64,000 nt of DNA from Oopsacas minuta (taxonomy: Eukaryota; Animalia; Porifera): contig JAKMXF010000244.1 in NCBI GenBank assembly GCA_024704765.1, positions 549,905-613,904 on the forward strand, given 5' to 3'. The notes under the pieces are model-generated. The model was not told the origin of the DNA. It saw nothing but the letters and a program-made list of their open reading frames with translations, and did no database searches. A program made the position numbers and the translations under genes. The first letter of the stretch is position 1; each line of letters starts with the position of its first letter. Positions 37,180 to 48,405 of the stretch are shown here, piece after piece.

Positions 37180-37864
37180 AGGTAATTCTTGTTACTTTAA
37201 AGGAAAGCTGGTTATTACATAATTCTGTCTACAACACTAAATATTATGCAACATTTCATTTAATATTATGCTTGCAACTAAATTGCATCCTGTATGTGAA
37301 GTCGTTCAAACGTACCAAACTTGCCAACTGTTCCGTTGGTTAGCGGGACACCACGATTTCTCGCCCCGAATATGTGTTGACTGCCAATGAGGCTAATGTC
37401 CAGCCAAAACTTGACAAAACCCTTAATTGTCCCTCTATTTTGTAGTCCAGTCTAATACAAATATGCTGCATCCAACGATGTCCCACTCAATTAGCCCCTT
37501 CTGTCCCGCTTTTTATCTTCACTCATGTTGGCAAGTATGGGGTTGACACTTGCCCTGTAATACCCCGATAATGCTTAGCCAGTGCAGAGCAAAAGTATCA
37601 AGTTTTGGATACCAAATATAATACATGTGGCATTTCTTGCCTGAACCAAATGTGCGGGGTCAAATGTCTATTATAGATAAACTTGAGCAAGTGTAATCAG
37701 TTTGTAACTGCAACACACTATCATTATAACGAAGTGTTCTGGACCGGTACGAACCCGGTTACATTTCGTGATCTGCAGCATTAGGATATATGCGGAGTAA
37801 GATCAATACTTTCAAGCTGGAGGAGGTTTATGAATCACTTTGTTATAGCGTGAGTTTAGCCATA

Positions 37865-39176
37865 TAGGGTGACAATAAAGTTCTGTTACATTCGAATTTG
37901 CGAATAACTCCGAAACTATACAATAGATATCGTTCAAATTTCTCTTGAATATTAGTTATATAGTCCCGAATCATTCTACAAAATATTATTCAATATAGCC
38001 ATCCTTATTCTTAACAACGGAATGTATTCGTGTCCTAAATTTTAGGACTGCGACTCGCAGGTCTTCTTATGGCATGTTATTCCATTCTCTGGTTAATGCG
38101 TTCAGTAGCGACGCCAAACTTTTATGGGGTTTAGCACAAGCCCTCTTCTCTAAATTACCCCACACAGAATAATCCAGCGGATTGAGGTCCGTGCTGGAAG
38201 GTGGCCATTCCGTCTTTGACAAAAACTTGATATTTTGCCCCCTGAGCCAGGACTGAGTCGCATTTGAGGCATGCGCTGGAGCTGAGTCCTGTTGGAATAT
38301 CCATTCCTGGTTTTGAATAGGTGACGACCTGCATCTTTGACTTCCGGCTCGAGTATTAGCTTCCAGTACGTTTCTGAGTTTATTTTCACTCCTTTCGGGA
38401 TAAAAATCAGATTTGTCCTCGAATTGGCCGTCACTCCTCCACAAACCATAACAGATTGAGGTTCCTGGACTCGATCAACAAATTTAACCTCTTCAGGGAT
38501 GTCTTTAGCGGTAGTAGATAAAATCCTGTCATTTTGACGGTTCGTGGCTTCCTCTACAGTGAAGAGCTTTTCATCGGAAAAAAGAATCTTTTCAAAATCT
38601 TGGGTTCCGAGCCGCCGGAGGAACCCCTTGCATCTTTCGAGTCTCTTTTGACGAATTGATGGTGTCAGATGATGTACCGTCTTTCTTTTGAGAGATTTCA
38701 GTCCCAAGTCCTGATGTACGAGTTTTCTAAGCGATTCACGGTTAATTTCCAATTCCTTGGCCATTTTTCGCATCGAGCGTCTGTGATTTCGCGCAACTCG
38801 ACTTCTCACTGCCTTCCTGAGTCGGATGGATCTCGCAGTGGGTGGTTTGCCTGAACGAGCCTTGTCAGTTATGCCACTAGTCTCTTTGTATCGTTTTATG
38901 GTTCGATACACCAGCATTCTATTCACTTTCTCATGTTTCAGCTTCTTCAAAATTTCAGTTGGCGTATTACCGGACAAATAGTGAGTGATGATTTTGGACC
39001 TTGCATCTACCATGATTTAAGAAAAATGTACTGGATGCTAGACAGAATCAAATGCTATTGTAACTCGACTACACTCAAGTAAAGTTAACGAAAAAGGACT
39101 AGTGATTAGGGTTGCACTGTAAACATAGTAATTAGCGACTGTGCAATCAATGTAACAGAACTTAATTGTCACCCTG
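37865..39176 (-). mobile_element. DD37D (maT-type) Tc1/mariner element; transposase 39013->~37980 with one frameshift and one premature stop
   Basis: TA-flanked TIRs (C/T)AGGGTGACAAT(A/T)AAGTTCTGTTACATT. Motifs FSDEKLF, FQQDSAPAH and WPPSSTDLNPLDYSVW, with 37 residues between the last two Asp (hand count). Confidence 0.88.
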
Positions 39177-39970
39177 TATAATTGATGTTAGCTTATAACG
39201 GAAGTTTACAGTACAGGGCCTTATGAGGTGGTGTAACAGGTTCGGCGGTCGCTCCGAACCAATAATTAGCAATGTATATTAATGGTGAGATGTGATGAAT
39301 GCTGCAACAGTAAGTTTGTGATTCCTGCGTCCCTACAATGCCAGGATTATTAGACAGTCAACTCCACTTAATTAGGACAAATTCAGGTAATCGAGTGAAA
39401 ATTAGTAACTCACTCAAGACGATTTTCTCTTGATTTAGGAAATTGTAATAAGCTACGTACTCGGTACATCGCCTAATTTGGGATTAATATGGCCAAATCA
39501 AATTCTGTTTACTAGTTATTGTTATCGGAAGACAATATAACGATCCGAATGAGAAAGTTATTTGATTATGGGATTATTTACATAAATTTTCTTTACAACC
39601 AACAATCACCTAAAATATGGTAAATATGCTTGAGATTAAACATGAGAAGTGTGGTAACAATATGTGGTTTCAGATGTAATTTCTATTGTATAGATTTTTT
39701 GATGTGTTCATAGTTATACAAGTATCAATTACATACAAAATTTAGTATAATTCGAATGCTGTTTGTCTGATTACTGAGTTGAACAACAAATGGTTTGGGA
39801 AAGTGGCATGCAAACCACATGTAATTATTACCTATAATTAAAGAATACATTCCAAACGATCATACAATGCATTTCGATCAATCTTAAGTCAAGTATAAAG
39901 GAATATCAGGGAAATATAACTAACAAATTCTAATTATTCGAGTTGTGATATTTCTATAATAGAATCCTTA

Positions 39971-40910
39971 ATGGCAGTTGCTTCATCGTTTCAACCTCTG
40001 CTGATTCCTACAATATTTTCAGTTATTGAAGAAATTACCTTAAAACAACTTTTTCAGAATATCACTATTGATGAAGATACTTGTATAGCATGGCTCAAAA
40101 GTAACGGACTTTTAGCTACCGGGATCATGTGCAAATGCGGTATAATTATGCGATCCGGAACATTTTCAGGTATTGCAGATGGGAAGGGGTGGAGGTGCAC
40201 GGAAAAGTCATGCAAAAAATTCGCTTCCATGAGGATTGGCTCATTCTTTGAAGGTGCTCATATACCGTTAACTGAGTTGGTAGAATTTCTCTATTTCTGG
40301 GCCGATAATCTGCAAACTACTGCCTTTTTACACAAGAATCTGGGGTGGGGAGAGCATACTATAACAGACTGGAAGAACTTCCTCAGAGACCTATGTGCTG
40401 AGGAATTTTTAGTCAATCCTCAACCAATTGGAGGGCCTGGGCATATTGTAGAAATAGATGAATCAAAGTTTGGACATCGAAGGTATTCAAGAGGTCGTAT
40501 GCTATCAAGTCAATGGGTATTTGGAGGAATAGATAGGAGACAAAAGATATCTTTATGATACCTGTTCAAGACAGGTCGGCTGCAACATTAGTTCCTCTCA
40601 TCCAGAGATATATTCTTCCGGGCACTACCATACTTTCTGACGAATGGGCTTCGTATAATTCTATCCCCGCTGCAAGTTTTCAGCATCTCACCGCCAACCA
40701 TAGCCTCCATTTTGTTGACCCTACTACAGGTATACATACGCAAACAGTTGATAGTACATGGGGTGGTGCGAAGAAATGGCTGAGGAATTGCATGACTACT
40801 AACCCCATATCTTTAGATACTCACTTATCTGAAGTTTGTTGGCAGAATAATGTGGAGAAGCTAGTTTCTCCAACCTTATCATGGAAATAAGGAAGCAATA
40901 TCCAGTTGTC
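39971..40910 (+). pseudogene. Merlin (IS1595/ISXO2-like) transposase, frameshifted near 40550
   Basis: CKCG...WRC Zn finger, IVEIDESKFG, WVFGGIDR, TTILSDEWASY, NHSLHFVDP and HTQTVDSTWG. Confidence 0.9.
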
Positions 40911-42707
40911 TAACTGTACCATACTTATGCTTTGGTGATTCTTTTGTAGCAGTACTTGTTATATTGTAGATTTGTAGTTAAAGTAGTGGATAGAAAGCTT
41001 AATACTAATTAGTTACTCCAAATATAACTACTACCCATAGTATTATATCCAGCCATGGTGTGTCATATATTTAATATTCTGTCCACTATCATAAGTAGAA
41101 ATCCATCAAAACTTTGTTCCAACATTACTAACGCACCTGGAGAGAAGCTGGATCAATAACTATGCGATTAAATAGTACATGAATTATTTCTAACATTGAT
41201 ACGAACACAAACGAATGATCAAAATTGGTTTGCCTTGGCCGGAGTAATACAAATTAAACTACCATTTTAGGAAACACAGAATATATGCAAATATATGCTT
41301 CATATCGGGAATTCCATTAACTAGGTCGAATTATCGAGGTGCCACAGTATAAAATATTCAATGCAATGTTGCATTGTATATTTAGTGTTGTAGACAGAAT
41401 TATGTAATAACCAGCTTTCCTTTAAGTAACAAGAATTACCTGTAGTGAAATACACTGAATAGCAAACAAATGAGCATGAGAGTAGAGTAACAAGCGTGTA
41501 TAACCGCAATATCAACAGTATGAGCATTCCTATGGTAATTGTAATGTATAAATCATACAATTTTGACTATAGTGAGTAATACAATTTTCCCAATAGGATT
41601 TGGCTTAGGGAGTAAATTTTTCGTAACTTTGTCAATTTTAATCCGATTTTGGAGTTCTTTAGCTCTATCAACTTCTCTCAACGAGTTCTTGAACGGTGCA
41701 TATAGGGATTTTTTACTACATTAAAAAGTTGAGGGTGTAAGATTCTGCAATTGTGCCATTTAATCAAACAAAGCAATTTTGGAATACCAATGCATAATAT
41801 AATAGATAAGTAATTTAATGGTAAATCATAATATATTCCAGTTCCCAGTACTTTGTTGAATTAGGAACACTACTAAAGGCCGAACAAAAACGTTAGTTCA
41901 CAATAGGTAGGGGGCAAGTGCCCCCCCCGTGGCAACGCCACTGTGGAGGAGCCCGGCCAGAAATCTTGCTAGGGGGAGTCATAAATTCTGTCGCCGGCCC
42001 TGCTGCTATAGGAATTGCACATAGTGGTGAATATCTTACAGCAATTCTTATGCAGAAATTGCCCCCAACTCTAAAGGGACCGATTTCTGCCTATTGAAAT
42101 CTTATTGCTGAAATCGTTCCCTCCATTTAAAAGTGTAATTCTAATGATATGTTAGCATCTATTGATACTGAAAATACCTTTTTCTCCACTTGTGTTATTG
42201 GTCTTGCAGGGGACTGTTTTGAGTAAACTTGTTTGGTGGTAATACTAATGATTACATAAGGTAATTCATAACACAACAGCCTAACGAGATTAAAACTAAT
42301 CGTTAGTATCTGTCAAAACATACAGAATGCAGTTAATGCGACCTAAAGGTATGTCACGACTCTTGTCTGATCTGGTAAGCTCTGGATTCTCCGTCCCTCA
42401 TACATATATTTACCCGTAATTGGTTATCTTCCTATAAAAGTGAAAACCAGCATAAATGGCATAGCCAAGTAAATTGTAGAATAAAACCTTGTTAGCGTGT
42501 TTAGGTATAAAATCTTTTTGATTTGTGATTGTTCATGTGGAGATGACAAACTACAAGAATTAAAATTGGTGATATTGGGACAAATTCCTACGAAAATTCT
42601 CTCTATATTCACACCTTCATCTCTACATTTCAAGAAGCTATACCCTGAACTAATTTGTCTATCTATACATGTCTGGAGTACATCTTTAAGCTTGTAAATT
42701 GGAAATT

Positions 42708-43988
42708 CAAAAGTTTCCCCATTATTCTTAGGACGGTTGAATAGAAGTTTCATTACTTTACTGCCATATTCTTTGTTCTAATTCTATAACTAGAATGCAT
42801 TATACTACTATAGGCAAATCGAATTCTACTAGATTGAATTATCTTCCAAAGATTTTTAGATTAATATATTTTCAGTGTTTTACTACTATGGAAAAATCAG
42901 TGGAAAGGAGTGCAATGTTATGTGGTCCCTCTTGAAGCAAGAGAAGTCGGCAAAGAGATTCTTCGTGAAACGCGAGAAGTTTGCGGGGGCGATTGCCCTT
43001 CCAAACCCACTGTTTACTTGTGGATTCAATGTTTCGAGGATGGCTGGAACACGGTTGATAACTACTGATACCCCGACGGTCCAATATTCATGGGATACCA
43101 GGGGAATATCGACCTGATCTGCCTTAAAATTGATATAGTTAGACTCTTACTGTCAGGAAGTTAGAAGAGACCCTGTGTATACCTAAAACAACCATCCATC
43201 GCATTCTATCCGAGACTTGATGATGATCCGTGTTGCTGCTGGGTGGGTGCCTAAACTTTGACCGATGAAAATAAGCGCCAAAGATTAGATATATGTCGTA
43301 AATTCCTGAACTCATGGAGAGAGGAGAAGGACTTTCTTGATCGCGTAGTCACCAGGAATGAATCGTGGTTTCATTACTAAGAACCAGAAACAAATCTCAG
43401 AGCAATCAGTGAAGAAAACGCCATGAGCGTACCCCAACCAAGCCGAAGTCCAAAAAGTTCACAGGAAAGAGCAATGGCCAGTATATTTTGGAATAGAGAG
43501 GGCATAGCTAACGGATTGGATACCTGAGAAAACAATCAACAGCGATTAATATATAGCTAATTTGGAAGAAATGCGGGCAGCAATCAAGCCTGAACGACGT
43601 GGGAAACTATGCAGGAAAGTTGTTCTCCAACATGATAATGCTAGGCCTCAAGCCAGTACTCTAACTACCAGGTGGCATTAGACGTTTGGGCTTTGGGTGT
43701 CTTCCGCACCCTGCCTATAGTCCAAGCCTGGATCTTTGGAGAAATGATAAGGCCGCTTCGTAGGAAAAGATTTAAGGAGTTTAGTACCCTGAGTTCTGAG
43801 GTAGAACTATAGGAAAAGGGTATCCCAAAAGAATTTTTCGCTACAGGCATGACAAAAACCAGAAGGGTAAGACTGGTGCATAATATTCAAGGGGAGTATA
43901 TTCAAATTTTGAGAGTGTTTTAGTTTGAAATCTATTCCTATTCTAGTTTTATGATTATTAGTCCTAGGAATTATGGGAGAACCCTTGT
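42708..43988 (+). mobile_element. mariner family 2, degenerate
   Basis: CPSKPTVYLW (HTH), WVPKL, VTRNESWFHY, QHDNARP and LPHPAYSP. Imperfect TIRs CAA(AA/GG)G..T(T/C)CCCAT(T/A)ATTC(T/C)TAGGAC. Confidence 0.75.
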
Positions 43989-44847
43989 ATGTCTATTCGT
44001 TTTACAGAAATACAGGAACTACTCCAGACTGAGACTTAATCTTGTAAAATTGGAAAATAAATGTAGATCCCTATGATCTGCATTATGTCCCTTCACAGCC
44101 CCAAAAGTCATAGCTAGTATCCATAATCTGAAAATTTAACTTGGTTGCAAACCATCATCTTAATTCACTAGTGTTTCGAGCTCTAACCATTGATATAACT
44201 GTTTGCAGATCTGATTATATTGAAGTAGAAGACAACATGGGTTTACGAGTTTGAACCAATGTATTCTCCTCCCCAAGGAGTACAATAATTATTCCTCGAA
44301 CATCTCTGAATTAATGTGCACTCTGATTCTGAAAATTTCAAATCTAGCTTATCAATTACGCTAGGTATAATTGGCTGATTTGTACTTAAGAGTTGTTCGA
44401 TTACAAAGAGGACATTGGTAGTATAGTATGTGCTCTTTCTTTCTCACGTGGTGTATGCTCAAAATCTTCACTTGTATAATAGTATTCTAGTATCTTTACG
44501 TTCTTGCTTTCAATATACCATTTGCTAAGAATCTCAGATATTTCTACAAGTAGGTTAGTGTCTTAATCATAAAGACCAGTATCTTTTTAATAAATTGAAA
44601 GATAATGCTGCAATCTCCGATCGTACAAATCTTTTTTGTAAGGTATATGACAACTCTCGTGAAGATCATTATGGAGTGGGGAAAGTGGTGTTTGTGTTGA
44701 TAGATTCTGTTTTTACATCTCTCATCAACAAGAGTTGGTTAATTATCTCTTTTTGGGATTGAACATTGTCTTGATCTTTGGTTGTGAGTACTTCTTCTGG
44801 AGTGGAGAGTGGAGGGGTTATGGGTGAATTACTCTCGCCGATCGATA

Positions 44848-46180
44848 TCAGGGCGTTCAATAAGTTTTACGGGCCATGATATATCTTAGGAATTAGTCAA
44901 GTAATATATCTAACTTTCATATATTATAAGCCCGTATATTTAAACTCCATATACTGAAAGTTTCAAGCTTATTCAATACAAATTATGAATCTTTGAAATA
45001 GTTACGTGTAGTCAATTTATACCCACTGTTGAATTTATGGCTTCAAAAGATGATAATTTCAGCCTCAAATGGCGAGCTTACATAGAGTTTCGCACAATAC
45101 TCAAGATCCAGCCCGTACAGATCTTCAGCGAGTTACAGGAGATATTGGGCGTGGATTGCCCTTCCAGATCTACTGTAGAGCGATGGGCTTCCTGTTGTAG
45201 ATCTGGTGATGCGGGTGTCACAGATTTGCCTCGATCTGGAAGACCGGTATCCGCCACCACTTCAGAGAATATCGCACTCATTGAAAGTATGGTCATGGAA
45301 GACAAGTGCATTACTGTCAATCAGTTAGAACAAAGTATGGAGATATCATCGGGAGCTGTTCATACAATTCTGACGACTGAGCTTGGCTACTGATCGATTT
45401 GTGGGAAATGAGTCCCGCATAAGCAAAGTGAGAATCAAAGGTTGGCACGACTGAATATTGCCAAGAACTCTTGGAAACTTATGAGAACTGCGATTCTAGA
45501 CGCCTAACAGAGATTATTACTGGTGACGAGATGTGGGTGTACTACTCAACGCCATATAGCAAGTATAAGAAGCGATCATGGGTGAGGGGTAACGAACAAC
45601 CGGCGAAAATTCCTAGGCCCGCCTTCGGAAACCTAAGATTGTGCACACCATCTTCTTCAGTAGTCATGGAATTGTCTTGCAATTACCTTGTGAGAGTGGC
45701 AAGGCTGTTATTGCTACTTTCTTTCAGAGCAAGTGCTTCCAAATTTGATAAAAAATATAGAAAAATACCACCCGAAAAACCGGAATTCGAGGAATGAAGA
45801 TTTTTAATTGATAACGCCAGTTCCCATACAGCTAAGCTTACCAAAAATTTCTTGGATGTAGAATGGTTAGAATTATTTCGCCATCCACCATACCCACCAG
45901 GCCTAGCTCCGTGTGATTTTTGGCTATTCCCCAAGCTTAAAATCTACCTTCAAGGCATAGATTTGAACACATTACAAGCACTCGGAACGGTCCTGTACCC
46001 GTATTTCAAATCCATCCCCGAAGAAGAGTACAGAAATGTGTTTACAAGTGGGTGGAAAGGTTAAAACTTTGTGTATCTACAGGAGGGGATTACTTTGAAT
46101 AAACAATATAGTGAATTGGTGTGTATAGTGTTTGTATCATATTCTATGATATCACCCGCAAGACTTATTGAACGCCCTAG
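44848..46180 (+). mobile_element. mariner family 1, copy 2 (defective)
   Basis: TA-flanked TIRs; near-identical to 50021-51353 and to the reverse complement of 27188-28520. Confidence 0.93.
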
Positions 46181-46213
46181 TATTATAATAGAAGAAAGTG
46201 GAAATATTACTTA

Positions 46214-47539
46214 TAGGTGCATTCAATTTATACTTATCCTGTGTATTTTAATGAAGTAGCAGTTCTAAGCTAGTATTTCTCAGTGCAATATAGTACCATA
46301 TTACAACTATCTAACAAAGCTTAGAGAGAGTTGAGCACTTAATTATTCTCCAATTTTCAGTTATTGTTAGAAACCTACATTTTCTTCTTTAAATTATTCA
46401 TGGCTTCCTGCCCAAATTTTTCGGAACTTGCACAACGAACGTACATCAAATTTCGCACAATTCTTCAAATCCCTCCAAAGTCTTTTCATGACAAGTTGGC
46501 AAAAATATCTGGAGAAGATGCTATATCGTATCCAACAGTCAGAAGGTGAGTGAGCCTATTTAGGGAAAGTAGGACCTCTGTCCAAGACGCCCCTTATCTT
46601 GGAGCACCAAAACTGGCGACCAACAATGGCAAATTGAGTTAAGTAAAGGAAGATGCCGGGTCTTTTCCGCATTCTTCGGTTGAGGAAGTAGCTAATTATG
46701 TTGGTATTCCAACGGGAAGTGCACACACACAATTTTGAAGGCGGATTTCAACTGAGGAAGGTCCAAGTGCGATGGGTACCCCTTGCTTAATTATTCCACA
46801 AAAGGCCGCTAGACTCCAAATGGCTAAGGAAAACCGTTAAATTTATGAAAGAAGTGACCCTAGGCGGTTATTAGAGATAGTAACAGGAGTTGAAACATAG
46901 ATACAATTCGAACCACTGATCAGAATGCAAGATGGAAGGGTTTGGCTAAAGAAGGGAGAGGTACCCCAGCTGTTTGTGTGTCTGAATTAAGTGCCCCGAA
47001 GGTCTTGTATTGCATATTTTCTATGAGCTAAGTCCTGTAGCCCAAGTCCCTGTTCTCAAAAGTCAGACACACACAGGCCAATTTTACGCAGATGTGGTGT
47101 TGCTTGAGGTAGAAATTTTTATCTTAACGTCGTTCAAAGACTGGAACTCGTGGTCTCAAATTTTTCAACGATAATGCTAGACCGCATAAATCTTTGGCTG
47201 TAAGGCAAAAAATTAAAGATATGGGCATGCACGAAGTCCTACATCCACCTTACTCCCCTGATATAGCACCATGTGACTTCTAGCTATTTAGAAAACTCAA
47301 AGATAACCTCTCCGGACGCGAAATTGAGGATTGGCTCAGCATTGGTTGGGCAATTTACAGATACCTTTAAGTCATACCCAAGGATGAGTACAGGAAACTT
47401 TGAAAATTGGATTAAAAGGCTAAATTCAGTTGTAGCGTACAAAGGATACTACTTTGAACATTCATAGCAAAAATCACCAACTTTACACAGATATTCATAG
47501 TTTTAGTATGGTATGATTAGTATTTATTGAATGCTCCTA
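46214..47539 (+). mobile_element. mariner family 3, degenerate
   Basis: TA|TAGG(T/A)GCATTCAAT TIRs; AQRTYIKFRTIL, SYPTVRR, WVP, IVTGVET, NDNARPH and HPPYSPDIAPCDF. Confidence 0.82.
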
Positions 47540-48405
47540 TATTTGTGTTTATTTGTCCAGGCTATTTCTGAATACATTATGCTATCCCTGGTTGTAGGAT
47601 GGTCTATTTGTAGCGAATTTCTGTGGAAAAATTTTTGATCGAAATAGTTAAGATTTTACTTAACGAATTTTGGGTTCAATTTCTATTTGGATTTCGGTGT
47701 AATACCTACTCCCAAATTTGTTATTCAATATAATTCCTACTTGAAGAAATTTGGGCCAAAAATCTGATATGTTTTGGGTCTAATTCCACCGCTTCATTCG
47801 AGGCCATAGTTTAATAGAGTTGGTAATACAATTATAATGTATTAGTGACTCAGAAACCGGGCTAGGCACCTCAATGAGTTGATCCAGACATATACAGACA
47901 TCTATGTCATATATGACAAGTTGCACACGCGGTTTAATCCAGGTTGGAAAAATGCCTTTTGTGTATTAAACTTGGACCTTAAACTGTGTTAAAACTGGTT
48001 CAATTTTTACAAATACTATAACAATTTTATGTCAGCATTTGTTCATTTCGAATACATGTTCAATATCCTGAAAATATTTAATCAACTATTGTCGTTAAAT
48101 TTATGTGAGAACAAATGAAATTCTAAAAAAAGTAAAAATTTTCTGATCTGTCATACTATAATTAATATAATTGCGTGTTTGGGTGGTGATTTACTTTCGA
48201 AAAATTTCCTGTATTAGTGATAATTTCATATTGTTGAAAGAATTGCGAAGACTGTTTTCAGTGACATTAATAGAACCATCCAAGACAAGGTGGATATTTA
48301 GACAAATTCATTAAACTCAATTTAACCAGGGTTGAACTCCAACCTGATAAAAATACTAAAAAGAATAAACATTAGAGTGTTAACTGTTAACATTTACATA
48401 AAAAC

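Larger units (their letters stand above)
33691..41757 (+). mobile_element. Merlin transposon with ~410-bp TIRs, 8-bp TSD ATTTAATC, carrying nested Transib and maT
   Basis: Termini GG(T/C)ACAATTGCAGAATC. ATTTAATC lies at 33683-33690 and 41758-41765. The left TIR (33691-34014 + 37180-~37270) mirrors ~41350-41757. Confidence 0.9.
26749..41943 (-). mobile_element. ZMYM1-type hAT (~2.6 kb of own sequence), degenerate, carrying three nested elements; TSD TGGAGG(G/A)G
   Basis: TIRs CAGTGGCGTTGCCA; 7/8 TSD match. Minus-strand fragments: FCFFCRLF (TTF Zn finger), IFAVLMDETTDVSHKEQL (DUF4371), TWNCRASF-like catalytic region and TLSVTTAHAERIFSKLSLIK (dimerisation, ~26930-27110). Confidence 0.85.
26060..42002 (+). 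mobile_element. Outermost non-autonomous hAT (~750 bp of own sequence: 26060-26748 + 41944-42002), 8-bp TSD CTGCTATA
   Basis: TIRs CA(A/G)GGCCGGCGACAGA. CTGCTATA lies at 26052-26059 and 42003-42010. It retains a transposase-like start MSYVHKSGAQKRQDKR. Confidence 0.85.

Noticed and set aside
37316-37539. MITE with CA(T/A)ACTTGCCAAC inverted ends inside the Merlin
   Set aside because: The inverted ends are visible but there is no TSD, so it is not listed as a defined element.
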